Shown piece by piece: positions 49,779 to 60,408 of a DNA stretch of 64,000 nucleotides. Position 1 is the stretch's first letter, and every line of letters starts with the position of its first letter. The notes under the pieces were generated by a model. The model made no database searches. It saw only the letters and a program-made list of their open reading frames with translations, and was not told the origin of the DNA. The translations under genes were made by a program, and so were the position numbers. The stretch is from the sequence record MK250028.1; one strand, given 5' to 3'.

Positions 49779-50204
49779 TTACTTATTAGTACTATCCTCT
49801 TTATTATTTTGAGCAATATCTTCATTCATCATTCGATAAATACGCTCAGGTGATTCATTGAATGTTGCAGACTCAATTGCCTCATTATTAAAGTAAATAG
49901 TTGATACATACTTTCCAGATTCCTCTGTTTGAGAAATAACAGAAATAATATCTGTATTTACAATCATTACAGAATTATCGTCATTCGAATGAAGCTTCAA
50001 AAAATCTGTATTACCAAAATCAATAATATTTTGATAAATTTTCTCGGGTGTTTCATTCACTGTAATACTATCAATATTATCATCATCAAAATATACAGTT
50101 GTTACTTTATCTTCTGTACATACAATACTAATCTTATTAATACGTATAATAATAACACTGTTATCTTCCTTTGAATGAAGTTTCAAAAACTTATTTGTTG
50201 ACAT
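49779..50204 (-). CDS. Tandem-duplicated small-domain protein (FlbD-like)
   Basis: Two repeats FLKLHS..DNSV.I....I..V/I..T.YF......NE.PE.IY. Confidence 0.7.
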   Translation of the reverse strand: MSTNKFLKLHSKEDNSVIIIRINKISIVCTEDKVTTVYFDDDNIDSITVNETPEKIYQNIIDFGNTDFLKLHSNDDNSVMIVNTDIISVISQTEESGKYVSTIYFNNEAIESATFNESPERIYRMMNEDIAQNNKEDSTNK

Positions 50205-50299
50205 ATTTGTTATTTAGTTTATATTACTTTATTAAATTCAAATTACAATAATCATATAATGTAAATTAGATAAAGTCTATAATTTATTTAAAATATTTT

Positions 50300-50704
50300 T
50301 TACTTACAAGGAATCCAATTAAACTCCATAGAAAATACTTGCAATCCTGGTTCATACTTAATATGATACATTTTGCAATCATTTCTATTTAATGTAAATA
50401 TAGTTCCTTGTGGTCCTTCTACTTGCTTAAGAATTAATACATTAAGAAGTTGACTTTTTGATGTATAAATAAACTTCTTACATATATATTTCTTAACTAT
50501 TTCTCTTGATCCACAAACTGACTTTTGCCTAAGCATATACTTTTGTCCAATAACAAACTTTTTGTTAACAAGAGCTTTTGCATTATTCTTTGCCTCTTGT
50601 TTTGATAATTCAACAATAGGTTCAATTAATGCGTCTTGCTCTTGTTCTTGCTTAGTCTTTAGTTCAGATTTTTTTGGACTCGCTTCCATCAAAAAAAATC
50701 CCAT
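50300..50704 (-). CDS. Hypothetical protein
   Basis: ORF track. Confidence 0.65.
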   Translation of the reverse strand: MGFFLMEASPKKSELKTKQEQEQDALIEPIVELSKQEAKNNAKALVNKKFVIGQKYMLRQKSVCGSREIVKKYICKKFIYTSKSQLLNVLILKQVEGPQGTIFTLNRNDCKMYHIKYEPGLQVFSMEFNWIPCK

Positions 50705-50721
50705 AACTATATATACTAAAA

Positions 50722-51843
50722 TTACTTTTTATCTGTATCTGTCAATGATACTTCAAGTTGACGTGCAAATTCACGCAAATGATGCTCATATTCTTTTCGT
50801 TCCTCTGCACCACGTTCATGAATATTCTTAACTTCCTGAATAGTCTGAATAAGTTCCTGAGTTGTGTCCTTAAGTGTATCAAGTTTAATAACCGATTCCT
50901 CACTTGCCTTTGCAACATTAACAGAATTCATATGCAATGCCTTTGCATTTTCACGAAGGATCTTATTCGTTGTATCAGTAATTCTTTGTTGTGCCTCAAT
51001 AGAATTTTTCTGATTATTCATAATGATACTAATAGAAATCTGATTCTTCCACAACGGTAAAACATTATTTACAATATTATCAGACTTATCTGCAATTGCA
51101 ATATTATTTTGCTGAGTTGCTCTAATCTGAAGAAGATTCTGCGTCAATACATATTCAGTTGTCTCCATATCAACAACCTTCTTCTGGATCTGATTCAAGA
51201 AATTCTGAGTATCATTAATCTCATACATTTCATAATCATTTGCATGTGCCTTCATATTTTCAAGTTCATCCTTTACTGCTTGCTCACGAATTTTAGCAGC
51301 CAAAATCAACTCTCGTATTTGCTCAATATATGATACATTAGCATCAAAAATAACATTAAGTGTTGAGTTATCTCTCAATGCAACAGTACGTGCTTGATCA
51401 ATCTTTTCACCAATCTTAGATACGCTATCCTTAATAGTATCATATTTTGTCATAATAGACTCAACAGAAGTCATCATCTTTCCAATAATAGGGAAATTAC
51501 GCCAAAACTTTTTCCACCGTGTATTAGTATTAATCTCATCAATATCAATAAGATTAAGTTGTCCAAGAAGTTCATTTGTCAACTGAACAACAACAGATGA
51601 ATTATCGCCACGAACAGAATTCAAAAGGTTATCACCATTTCGAGAAATAACAGAGCTAAGTTCCTTACCATATGATGTAACAGTTGTCATATCATGTCGA
51701 TCAAGTTTCTCTGTCTTTTGTAGATACTTTTGCTTTTCATCAGCAGACATAACAGCAATACGCTGATCATAGTTATACTGATTTTGAGTAAGGGTTTCTA
51801 CTTGTCCCTTCTCATTAAACATTGCTACTTTTGTATTATCCAT
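50722..51843 (-). CDS. telA: Toxic anion resistance protein (TelA family)
   Basis: 373-aa coiled coil; YG..LS, QIRATQQNN..DK..IV.NVLPLWKNQI. Confidence 0.85.
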   Translation of the reverse strand: MDNTKVAMFNEKGQVETLTQNQYNYDQRIAVMSADEKQKYLQKTEKLDRHDMTTVTSYGKELSSVISRNGDNLLNSVRGDNSSVVVQLTNELLGQLNLIDIDEINTNTRWKKFWRNFPIIGKMMTSVESIMTKYDTIKDSVSKIGEKIDQARTVALRDNSTLNVIFDANVSYIEQIRELILAAKIREQAVKDELENMKAHANDYEMYEINDTQNFLNQIQKKVVDMETTEYVLTQNLLQIRATQQNNIAIADKSDNIVNNVLPLWKNQISISIIMNNQKNSIEAQQRITDTTNKILRENAKALHMNSVNVAKASEESVIKLDTLKDTTQELIQTIQEVKNIHERGAEERKEYEHHLREFARQLEVSLTDTDKK

Positions 51844-51916
51844 TAACTTTAGTAATTTAAAATTATTAATTAAAATTTACATTAATATATATAATAACTT
51901 ATTGAAAATGTTTAAT

Positions 51917-52480
51917 TTACCAATCACATTTTTCAGTTATTAACTTTAATTTGTCTTTCTCTTCTTTTTTCAATGCATCAACTTCTTCTTTTACCATATG
52001 TGGATCATCATATATTTGAATTTTAGGTAAAACTTTTTTATTCTTATTACGACCCCACATTTCATTTAGATATTTGCTATATTTAGACATCGCTTCAAAT
52101 CTATAATCAGGTGCATATCTATTATTATTTGTTGCAATATAATATAATTCTTCCTTTTTCTTATCAACGAAATCTTCTAATGTTTTGTTATTACCTATAT
52201 ATCTTTCCAATAATCTATAATTAAATCCTGTATTTTGATTATTATCTGGAGTAATAGTATTTGCAAGAATTTTTTTACGTTCTCTATCAATAACAATATA
52301 TTTAAGTTCACATACGTTAAGTTCTTCGATAAAATTATCACAAACAGACTTATCATCAAATTCTTCTGCTTGTTCATTATCTGAATTTTGTGGAATACCG
52401 TAATTATTGATAGATCTAATCTTATCTATATAAATAACTACATATCTCTTATGCCATAAATATCTTCTATAATTATTCAT
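51917..52480 (-). CDS. Hypothetical protein
   Basis: ORF track. Confidence 0.65.
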   Translation of the reverse strand: MNNYRRYLWHKRYVVIYIDKIRSINNYGIPQNSDNEQAEEFDDKSVCDNFIEELNVCELKYIVIDRERKKILANTITPDNNQNTGFNYRLLERYIGNNKTLEDFVDKKKEELYYIATNNNRYAPDYRFEAMSKYSKYLNEMWGRNKNKKVLPKIQIYDDPHMVKEEVDALKKEEKDKLKLITEKCDW

Positions 52481-52485
52481 AATAA

Positions 52486-53265
52486 TTAAACTTTATCTTG
52501 ACTAAATATATTATATGAAATATTAAATTCTTTCTCGTTATTTGTTATATTTTTAATAGTACCGAATTCATCTATCATAAATCCAGCTCTACAATCCAAA
52601 CATGCATATGTTTCTCTAAATATAGGTGTTTCTTGTTGTTGTGTATGTCCAAATATCTGATAATAAATATCATCTAATTTATTATCTTCATATTGTAATT
52701 CGCATTCATCAGCCCAAAGTATTGAACCGTATTTAGAATACCCTCCACGTGCATATCCTACATAATCAAAAACTTTTGCTAACTTTTGATTATCATGTTT
52801 CTGTATAAGTTCATTTAAATATGTAATAGAATCATAAATATTCTTATGTTTTATTTCACCTACATATTCGTTTTTCCATTGATTACCAATACATGAATGA
52901 CTAAATGTTACCATACAATCATTTATCATTCTGTATGTAACTACTTTAAAATATTTTATATTATCAATAAACAATTTACGATATTCATCAGCATGCTCAT
53001 AATCATATCGCGATCTAGATAAAAATTTCTTGCTGATATATTGTATATCATGATTTCCTAATAATAGTGTTACTTTATCAATATTTTTAGATTTAAAATC
53101 AAGAATTTCTTTGAAATTACTTATAGCATCATCTATAGTTATTCCTTCATATCTATATGGATCCAAATAATCACCTAAGAATATAATTTCATCACATTCT
53201 TGATTCACACATTCTTTCCAAAATGTACGTCCATGAATATCCGGTATAATTATAATTTTACTCAT
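52486..53265 (-). CDS. Calcineurin-like metallophosphoesterase
   Basis: PDIHG, FLGDYLD, LGNHD, FSHS, FGHT. Confidence 0.9.
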   Translation of the reverse strand: MSKIIIIPDIHGRTFWKECVNQECDEIIFLGDYLDPYRYEGITIDDAISNFKEILDFKSKNIDKVTLLLGNHDIQYISKKFLSRSRYDYEHADEYRKLFIDNIKYFKVVTYRMINDCMVTFSHSCIGNQWKNEYVGEIKHKNIYDSITYLNELIQKHDNQKLAKVFDYVGYARGGYSKYGSILWADECELQYEDNKLDDIYYQIFGHTQQQETPIFRETYACLDCRAGFMIDEFGTIKNITNNEKEFNISYNIFSQDKV

Positions 53266-53318
53266 TAAATAAAATACTTTTATAAATTATATTCATTAGA
53301 TGATTATTTGTTTGATAA

Positions 53319-54365
53319 TTATTCAGATACATTATCTTTCATAACTTCATGATATTGTTCCTTTGCATATTCTTGCATATCAGGAACGTCATCTGTTTCA
53401 TCAATAATTTCAATATTGAGTATTGTTTCGATAACATCCTCCAATGTTACAATACCTCTAAACGTTCCATATTCATCAGTAATTGCAGAAATATGTTCAT
53501 GATTCTTTACCATATCATTAAATATATCTGATACATCTGTAGTATCAATATAGTTATGAATATCATGGACATAATCAGAAATCTTAATATTCTCCTTTGT
53601 TAAATCCAATTCATTCTTAAGAATATAACCACTACAATAGTTATTCATATTCATACAAGGAATACGAGAGAATGTATCACCATTAGAAAGATATTTATAT
53701 AAATCTGTATCTTTATGAACTGTTATATAATCCGCAATAGTTTCAACAACAGTTGCAGGCGTCATAATATCTTCAGCTTTATATTGATTAAGTTTCAATA
53801 TACGTTGAATAATCATATTCTCTTTCTTATCAATTACTCCCTCTTTTGCACCTTCATCTGTCATTGCAATAATCTCTTCACGTGAAATAGCAACAGCATT
53901 ATCATTACTAATAAGACGTGTTACAAAATTAAGAATCTTAACCAGTGGATATGTAATATAAATCATTATATTAATTACACGAGTAACATACAATGTAATA
54001 TTTTTCCAATAATTTGCACCTATAGTTTTTGGTAAAATCTCAGCAAACATAAGAATCAATACTGTAAATATTGCTGATATGATACCTATAAATGAAGCGC
54101 CATCAATACCTTGTTCAACTGCATATGCTGATGCAGCTGAACCAACAATAGATGCACCTACTGTATTTGCAATAGTATTAATAATAAGGATAGCAGACAA
54201 TGGCTTATCCATATTTTCCTTAAAATTTCTTAATATATCTGCCCCGGATTTTCCTTTAAGTGTAGATACAAAAGACATAGGTGTAGAAGACAAACAAGCT
54301 TCACATAACGAGCAAATTGCTGATACCACAATGGCAATCAACATATAAATTATAATTGTTTCCAT
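53319..54365 (-). CDS. CNNM/DUF21 plus CBS domain membrane protein (HlyC/CorC family)
   Basis: SLCEACL, ILIINTIANTVGA, AEILPKTIG, IMTP, SRIP, DEYG..GIVTLED. Confidence 0.92.
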   Translation of the reverse strand: METIIIYMLIAIVVSAICSLCEACLSSTPMSFVSTLKGKSGADILRNFKENMDKPLSAILIINTIANTVGASIVGSAASAYAVEQGIDGASFIGIISAIFTVLILMFAEILPKTIGANYWKNITLYVTRVINIMIYITYPLVKILNFVTRLISNDNAVAISREEIIAMTDEGAKEGVIDKKENMIIQRILKLNQYKAEDIMTPATVVETIADYITVHKDTDLYKYLSNGDTFSRIPCMNMNNYCSGYILKNELDLTKENIKISDYVHDIHNYIDTTDVSDIFNDMVKNHEHISAITDEYGTFRGIVTLEDVIETILNIEIIDETDDVPDMQEYAKEQYHEVMKDNVSE

Positions 54366-54370
54366 TTAGC

Positions 54371-54679
54371 TTAATCTTTTTTATAATAATCCTTCAGCCA
54401 ATCACATTCTTCAAGATAATGAATATATTCACCATTACGGAATGATCCCTCTAAATATTGTGTATCATCCCATGTTTCCTCATGATTATAACCTGTTCTA
54501 AGACTATGACACAATACTCTTACATCATTACATTCATCTTCATTGAAATCAGTTAATAATGTAAATACCATATCACCTTCACCACCACCATTACGGAATG
54601 TATAACCGGTTTTCAGATACTGAGGACGAGACCAGAAATCTGAATGATTCATAGGATAGAATTGTACTTTATTACTCAT
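54371..54679 (-). CDS. Hypothetical protein
   Basis: ORF track. Confidence 0.7.
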   Translation of the reverse strand: MSNKVQFYPMNHSDFWSRPQYLKTGYTFRNGGGEGDMVFTLLTDFNEDECNDVRVLCHSLRTGYNHEETWDDTQYLEGSFRNGEYIHYLEECDWLKDYYKKD

Positions 54680-54717
54680 AATTATTTTATTTTTAATTGT
54701 TTAATATACCATATTAA

Positions 54718-54981
54718 TTAGAATGGCAGTTCAGATTCAATAACACCGGGTTCTCCTAATGGGAGAAAATCCATACATGTATTTGTATTAAATACACGAT
54801 CAAATGCATACATTACAGAAAACTTTACAAACTCATCCTTATCAACAATAAGATCTGATGTTTCCTGCTGAATATATGATGCTTCTGCAACTAATGTATT
54901 TAATGTATCATTATCAGTTAATTCTTTATTAAAACGATTCTTATATTCGTTTTTAATCATTTCTATTAATGTTGTATTCAT
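54718..54981 (-). CDS. Hypothetical protein
   Basis: ORF track; TATCTTTG promoter upstream. Confidence 0.7.
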   Translation of the reverse strand: MNTTLIEMIKNEYKNRFNKELTDNDTLNTLVAEASYIQQETSDLIVDKDEFVKFSVMYAFDRVFNTNTCMDFLPLGEPGVIESELPF

Positions 54982-55015
54982 ATTTCTTATTTTTTATAAT
55001 TGAATTATTACATCA

Positions 55016-55023
55016 CAAAGATA
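55016..55023 (-). promoter_or_regulatory. Bacteroidota -7 element TATCTTTG
   Basis: Reverse complement CAAAGATA upstream of 54981. Confidence 0.55.
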
Positions 55024-55093
55024 CACATATTTTTTAAAACAAAAAAATGATGATACTATATTTTTCAATATAATACCATCATTTAATATTTAA

Positions 55094-56257
55094 TTATTGT
55101 TCGTCAATATAACTATTTGAATCATCATTATCAATATTTTCAGATTGTTCATCTTCAATATTAGTTATACTCTTTAATATATTATCTTTATATTTTTTAT
55201 TTATACATTTATTTAATATATATGGTTCCATAGTTTCCGATCTACTAAACATAAATCCATTTGATTCATATAAATTTGAATTCTTTTTACATAAAGCAGA
55301 TATTCTAGAAAATGCAACACCTGTTATCTTTTCCGCATCTTTTAATTTATTACATTTATATAACAATTTTCCGTTTAAATTAAATACATTTACTCCTTTT
55401 TGTGTTAATAATATATCTTTATTTTTATAATTTACACAATAATTATATATTTCATTAGTCCATTTTCTAGTTAATGTAGGTAACTAATATTTTATTATAT
55501 AATTTTCATAATAATATTTAAAAATAGTTCTTGCTTTCTTAGATGATATAATATAATAACCAAAATTTTTTGTTTTATCTTCTATAAAAATATTTGATGT
55601 TTTATCCTATAATATTTCTTCAAATCTTTGTTTTATATATAATAGTGTTTCATATGTTCCTACACAACTTATATATAAACGTTTACTTTTATGTCTATTT
55701 TCATTATATACTCCTATAGAACCATCTCCATCTATTACACCTATAATAAAGCAATCCTTATATATAGTTTCTAATATTGGTGGTATATATACATTCGTTT
55801 TCTATTTAGTAATATTAAAATTTTTATATAAATCATTCACTATCTACTCAGATAAAATATGAAAACTTACATTTTTAAATTTTTTATTATTTAAAATATT
55901 ATAACCATAATATAATTTATATGTTGATGATATATTATATTTCAACTATTTTAAAAAATTCTCATCTTTTATTGATAATTTTATATTCAAATTTTTATTT
56001 GTTTTATCTATAGAACCATCGGCAGCTATAAACCCTGCATAGTAAGAATTTATCGGATTTATTAATGAAAAATAATTATCATTAACATTATAAATACGTT
56101 CTCCTTTAATATTTTTCTTTAGTTGTAAATTATATACCTTTTTCCAATATGTTAAATTCTTACAAATTTTACCGGTAATTTCTTTTGATGCAACCTATTC
56201 TGAAATATTTTTATTATTTGCATAATCTATAATTTCCTATAATATATTTTTATCCAT
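55094..56257 (-). CDS. Free-standing double-motif LAGLIDADG endonuclease (code 15)
   Basis: 387 aa with TAG=Q; YYAGFIAADGSI and FIIGVIDGDGSI. Confidence 0.85.
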
Positions 56258-56376
56258 TTATTAAAAAATATTTTATATATTTATATAAAATATGGAAGCA
56301 TTTAAACTTAAATGCTTCCATAAATATTAATTAGTTTCATTTTCTGATGATTGTTCATCTTCAATATTAGTTATAC
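55143..56376. repeat. 28-bp direct repeat (55143-55170, 56349-56376) flanking most of the LAGLIDADG gene
   Basis: GATTGTTCATCTTCAATATTAGTTATAC; encodes ITNIEDEQS at the end of both the ligase and the endonuclease. Confidence 0.9.
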
Positions 56377-57838
56377 CTGCATCTAATTCTTTTTCTTCCT
56401 TATTAACAAAACGATAGCACTTCAATTTGAATGCACGAGGTATCATATCATCTATTTTAATTACAATGCCTTCATGTGGAACTTTATTATTACATTCAGG
56501 TGATAACATTTCCATATAAAAATTCTTATCACTTGACATCTTATTCCAAAAATTTTCGTGCCAATGATTAGTTATATCAAGTTCAGGATACAAATCTTTA
56601 GCTTTACCATAATAATATTCAATTACAGGTGTTAATTCATGTTGAATACACCATACTTGTACTTCTCGTGGTGAAAATTCATGTACATCTCCATCAACAT
56701 TTGTTAAAGTAATACGATATATCATTATCTTAAAATGCTTTCCATATGTATACTCTTCACCAGACTTTAAAGGTACACATCCATAATCATATCCCTTTTG
56801 TATATAATTATTATTTGGAAGATAACCTACAATTTCTGCATAAATCATCATTCCCTTTATCATGTGTGGCTTTAATACATTAAATGCTTCACCCCATATA
56901 TCAAAATTATAGAATCCCTTATGATATACATTACCATTTTTTTCAGATGCCTTCATTATATACTGGTTTTTTATAACAGTTCTTGATGAATATAAATAAT
57001 CATAATCATTAAATTCATAACCTGTTAAAAATTTCGCAATTTTCTGCTTTATAGTTAATTGTTTCTTACATAAAACATAACCAACACAAAGAGAAGTACC
57101 GTGCCATTTAGAACTTATATGTATATAATCATTAGGTTGAACAACAAATGGAACCTTCTTAACAAGTGCAGTGTCGTAATGGAACCTAAATTGTTCTGGT
57201 ATAACTCTGTTAAATCTCTTTAACTTTCGTTGTCTTCTCTTATATCTAGATTGATCACCTCCAGTTTTATTTCTCTTTATAAATATCTTTGGTATAAATT
57301 TCTTTGATAACCAAAATGATTTACCATTATGTTCAATAGTATCAAACCATGTTCCATCCTTTATATCATTCTCATTAACTTCTATATTAAAATTATCTAA
57401 TATAAAATTAAGAACTACTTGTAATTCTATCAAGAAACCATCTGATACACCATTAGGTAAAAATACTTTTTCAACTTCTCCAGTAGATGGATCAATTTTA
57501 TCCATTGTTGCTCGTAGTCTAATGGACTTCACTCTACCATTATCATCAAATAACCCAGTTTTATTAGGATTACTATTCATTTCATTTTTACGATATAAAT
57601 TAGCATATCTTAAAAATTCAGGATTTATTTGTGTACTTGATGGAAAGAATACATATTTTCCTGGTTGTGAATCCTTACTTACTATAACATTATAAATTGT
57701 ATCTCCACCTATTCTACAACACTTTAACTTGTTAACTTCAGGATTAGGATGTGGAGAGAAATCCTCTTCCTTGATATAAATTACACGTGAAACATAATTA
57801 GGGTGTAATTCACTTTCCTTCGACTTAATAAACTTCAT
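56327..57838 (-). CDS. RNA ligase-like protein with long N-terminal domain (possible upstream start 57868 with TAG at codon 3)
   Basis: KWHGTS (I), YAEIVG (III), EGIVIK (IV), FKLK (V). Confidence 0.8.
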   Translation of the reverse strand: MKFIKSKESELHPNYVSRVIYIKEEDFSPHPNPEVNKLKCCRIGGDTIYNVIVSKDSQPGKYVFFPSSTQINPEFLRYANLYRKNEMNSNPNKTGLFDDNGRVKSIRLRATMDKIDPSTGEVEKVFLPNGVSDGFLIELQVVLNFILDNFNIEVNENDIKDGTWFDTIEHNGKSFWLSKKFIPKIFIKRNKTGGDQSRYKRRQRKLKRFNRVIPEQFRFHYDTALVKKVPFVVQPNDYIHISSKWHGTSLCVGYVLCKKQLTIKQKIAKFLTGYEFNDYDYLYSSRTVIKNQYIMKASEKNGNVYHKGFYNFDIWGEAFNVLKPHMIKGMMIYAEIVGYLPNNNYIQKGYDYGCVPLKSGEEYTYGKHFKIMIYRITLTNVDGDVHEFSPREVQVWCIQHELTPVIEYYYGKAKDLYPELDITNHWHENFWNKMSSDKNFYMEMLSPECNNKVPHEGIVIKIDDMIPRAFKLKCYRFVNKEEKELDAGITNIEDEQSSENETN

Positions 57839-57940
57839 ACTAGATTTAATTTTATTTTCCTATGTCATTCTTTAGTTCGAGTCTCCACTACTCACGTATC
57901 ACCAGATTATTTTTTAATAGGAAAATAATCAAACCTATTA

Positions 57941-58213
57941 TTAATATTTAGAAAACTGTTCATTCAGAACAGATAATTCTTTTTCTTTCTTAAAAATTAG
58001 CTTATCTAGGAAATCATCCATCATTCTCATTTCATCTTGATTTAGAATAATGTCAATATATGGTTTTCCATAATGATATGTTTGATAATCACTTTTCATT
58101 ATCCATTCAATATCATGCAACTTTTTTAATTCTTTACATGCGGATATAATACCTTTAGTCTTTAATATTCTTTCATGTAAAGAATTAATTTTTTTTAAAG
58201 TATCTTCATTCAT
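57941..58213 (-). CDS. Hypothetical protein
   Basis: ORF track. Confidence 0.65.
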   Translation of the reverse strand: MNEDTLKKINSLHERILKTKGIISACKELKKLHDIEWIMKSDYQTYHYGKPYIDIILNQDEMRMMDDFLDKLIFKKEKELSVLNEQFSKY

Positions 58214-58216
58214 AAT

Positions 58217-58708
58217 TTAAAATAGTTTAACGGACGCATTAGTATCCATTCTTTCCTTCATACCATTATTATAATAATCAGCCAAAATTTCAGCTTTAAT
58301 TTTAGGTGACAATACTTTCCGTACTACATAATCATAATTAAAATTAAAGAATTCATTTATAGCTATTACCATTTCATATGCAGATAATGTCTTCACCTCT
58401 GCTAATTTATTTTTCATGTAATAGAAGATTTTTCCTGTTTCTTCCTTAGGTATTTTTGGAACGACGAATGTAGATGTATCAACTTTATATTGTTCTGCAA
58501 ATGGAGATTCTATCCATATGCTATATAATTTTTCTGCTGTATCTTTCCTTTCATGCAACAAGACTATATCATCTGTCATCGCATAATCATACTAATCTGC
58601 GACTAAAGGAGATACAGTCATTGTTTGACTTGAAAGATCTGCATTATAGTCTGAACTCGCAAAATACCCATCATTACTAAGCATCTTCTATGTATTAATT
58701 CTTGCCAT
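58217..58708 (-). CDS. Hypothetical protein (code 15, 2 TAG)
   Basis: 163 aa after extension through two TAGs. Confidence 0.65.
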
Positions 58709-58774
58709 ATAATGTTTGATATTTTTTCTTTTACTATAATTATATGATAAAAATAGCAAATTGTTTATAATATT

Positions 58775-60283
58775 TTACATAGAAAATAAATCTTGTGCTT
58801 GTATTTGTGTTTCAGTTAATCCTAATTGCGGAGTACTCATAGAATCAGATGCACCGGGACGAATACCAACAGATGAAGAATAATTATTTGAATTATTATG
58901 TTGGTAATTATTATCTCCTTTATGCTTATCTTTTACTAATCCATCCAATGAAACATTCTCAGGAATAATATTTTCCTCAAGATTCTCTTCAATTCTTAAA
59001 TATGTAGGATTAAAATCAAATTTCTTCTTATCTCCCATGTGTCCAGAATTACGTATTGCTACTGCTTTCAAATAATATGTATTATCTACACGCATTAAAG
59101 ATGACTGAATAATACCGAACAAACTATCAACAGTTGCGATAAGACCTCCAGATTCTGAAACGTTACTCATACCAATATCAGTAGAATCATATGCAGTTCT
59201 ATTTGTCTGTGTTAATGATACAACACACCAATTATTTCTCTGAGCCATCGCACGAACATCCTCGCAGATAGATTTAATCTTTAAATATGTACTTTCAGAA
59301 TTTGGATTCTTTGCGTCTTTCATAATATTAACATAATCAATGAAAATGTTCTTAAACTTAAATGGTTTATCTTCTGTAGATAACTCTTCTTCTTGCTTAA
59401 GTAAGAATGACTCAATATCATAAACAGTTGCAGATGATGTAGGGAACTCTTCTATAATAAACTTACCTGGATTAATAAGTGAATTCATATAAAATTCCTT
59501 CATTTTCTGCATCATAAGATTTGTGTCTGATGCATACTTATCATATTCTTCAATTGGAATATTAAAAAGATTTGAACCTATACGTTGTGCTACAAGCTGA
59601 TAAGCCATCTCCAATGTAATATATGCAGAATTCTCACCATTTCTTACAGAATTCGCACATAGATTACAAAGCCACATAGATTTACCAACTTTAGGTGACC
59701 CCATAAATACATTAAGAGTCTTATTTGCCCAACCGCCTTTCAAACATTGATCAACAAAATTATAACCTGTTTTCCTTGTTTCAAGTTCAGTTTGTTTATG
59801 ATTAATTGGGTCAAAGAAATCATGTCCTTTAGAATTATTTAATGTAAAATTAGTTTCACTCTGAAATAATGATTTTATATGTTGTACAATTTCTGCACAA
59901 TTTTCAAATGTAACTTCAGATTCTGTTGTCTTTACATATTCAATAACTCTTCGGAGACCTGTCATTAAATTCTACCATTCGCCAAATGCTACTGTATTCT
60001 GTTCTAACCATTCATCTGTATATTGACTAACCATATCACGAGTTTGCCATAATGTATGAATTTGATCTTCTGTTACTTTATCATCTTTAGCTGCTAATCT
60101 AATAAGATCTATTGTTTGTTGCTCAGTTGGTTCTGCTCTAAAATCTAATATATGCGGTTTAACCACATCAAATATAATTTTTAATGCAGGATTAGTAAAA
60201 TATCTTCCTTTAAAAGACTATACAAGATTTAAATTCTTAATTATATAAAAGAATATGACGTTTTCAAGATACGTATTATTCAT
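58775..60283 (-). CDS. DnaB/T4 gp41-like replicative helicase (code 15, 2 TAG)
   Basis: 502 aa joining two ORF-track pieces; GSPKVGKS, ITLEM, IDYVNI, TQTNR, SESGG..D. Confidence 0.9.
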
Positions 60284-60408
60284 AAATAAATTATTCTACC
60301 TTTGTTTTAATTTATAGTGAGTAAAAGTATTAAAGTTTATTAGCAATTCAAAAATTAAGAAAATTATATATAGTTTTGTAAAACTATAAAAAATTCTCAA
60401 TTTTTATA

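Noticed and set aside
57870-57905. tRNA 3'-half or attP-like fragment (AGTTCGAGTCT..CACCA)
   Set aside because: Only a 2-3 bp T-stem, no acceptor partner, no integrase in the window; better explained as the ligase leader
3079-60283. Fragmented genes as pseudogenes
   Set aside because: All breaks but one (the intron-4 HNH) are in-frame TAG or intron boundaries, and frames and motifs continue
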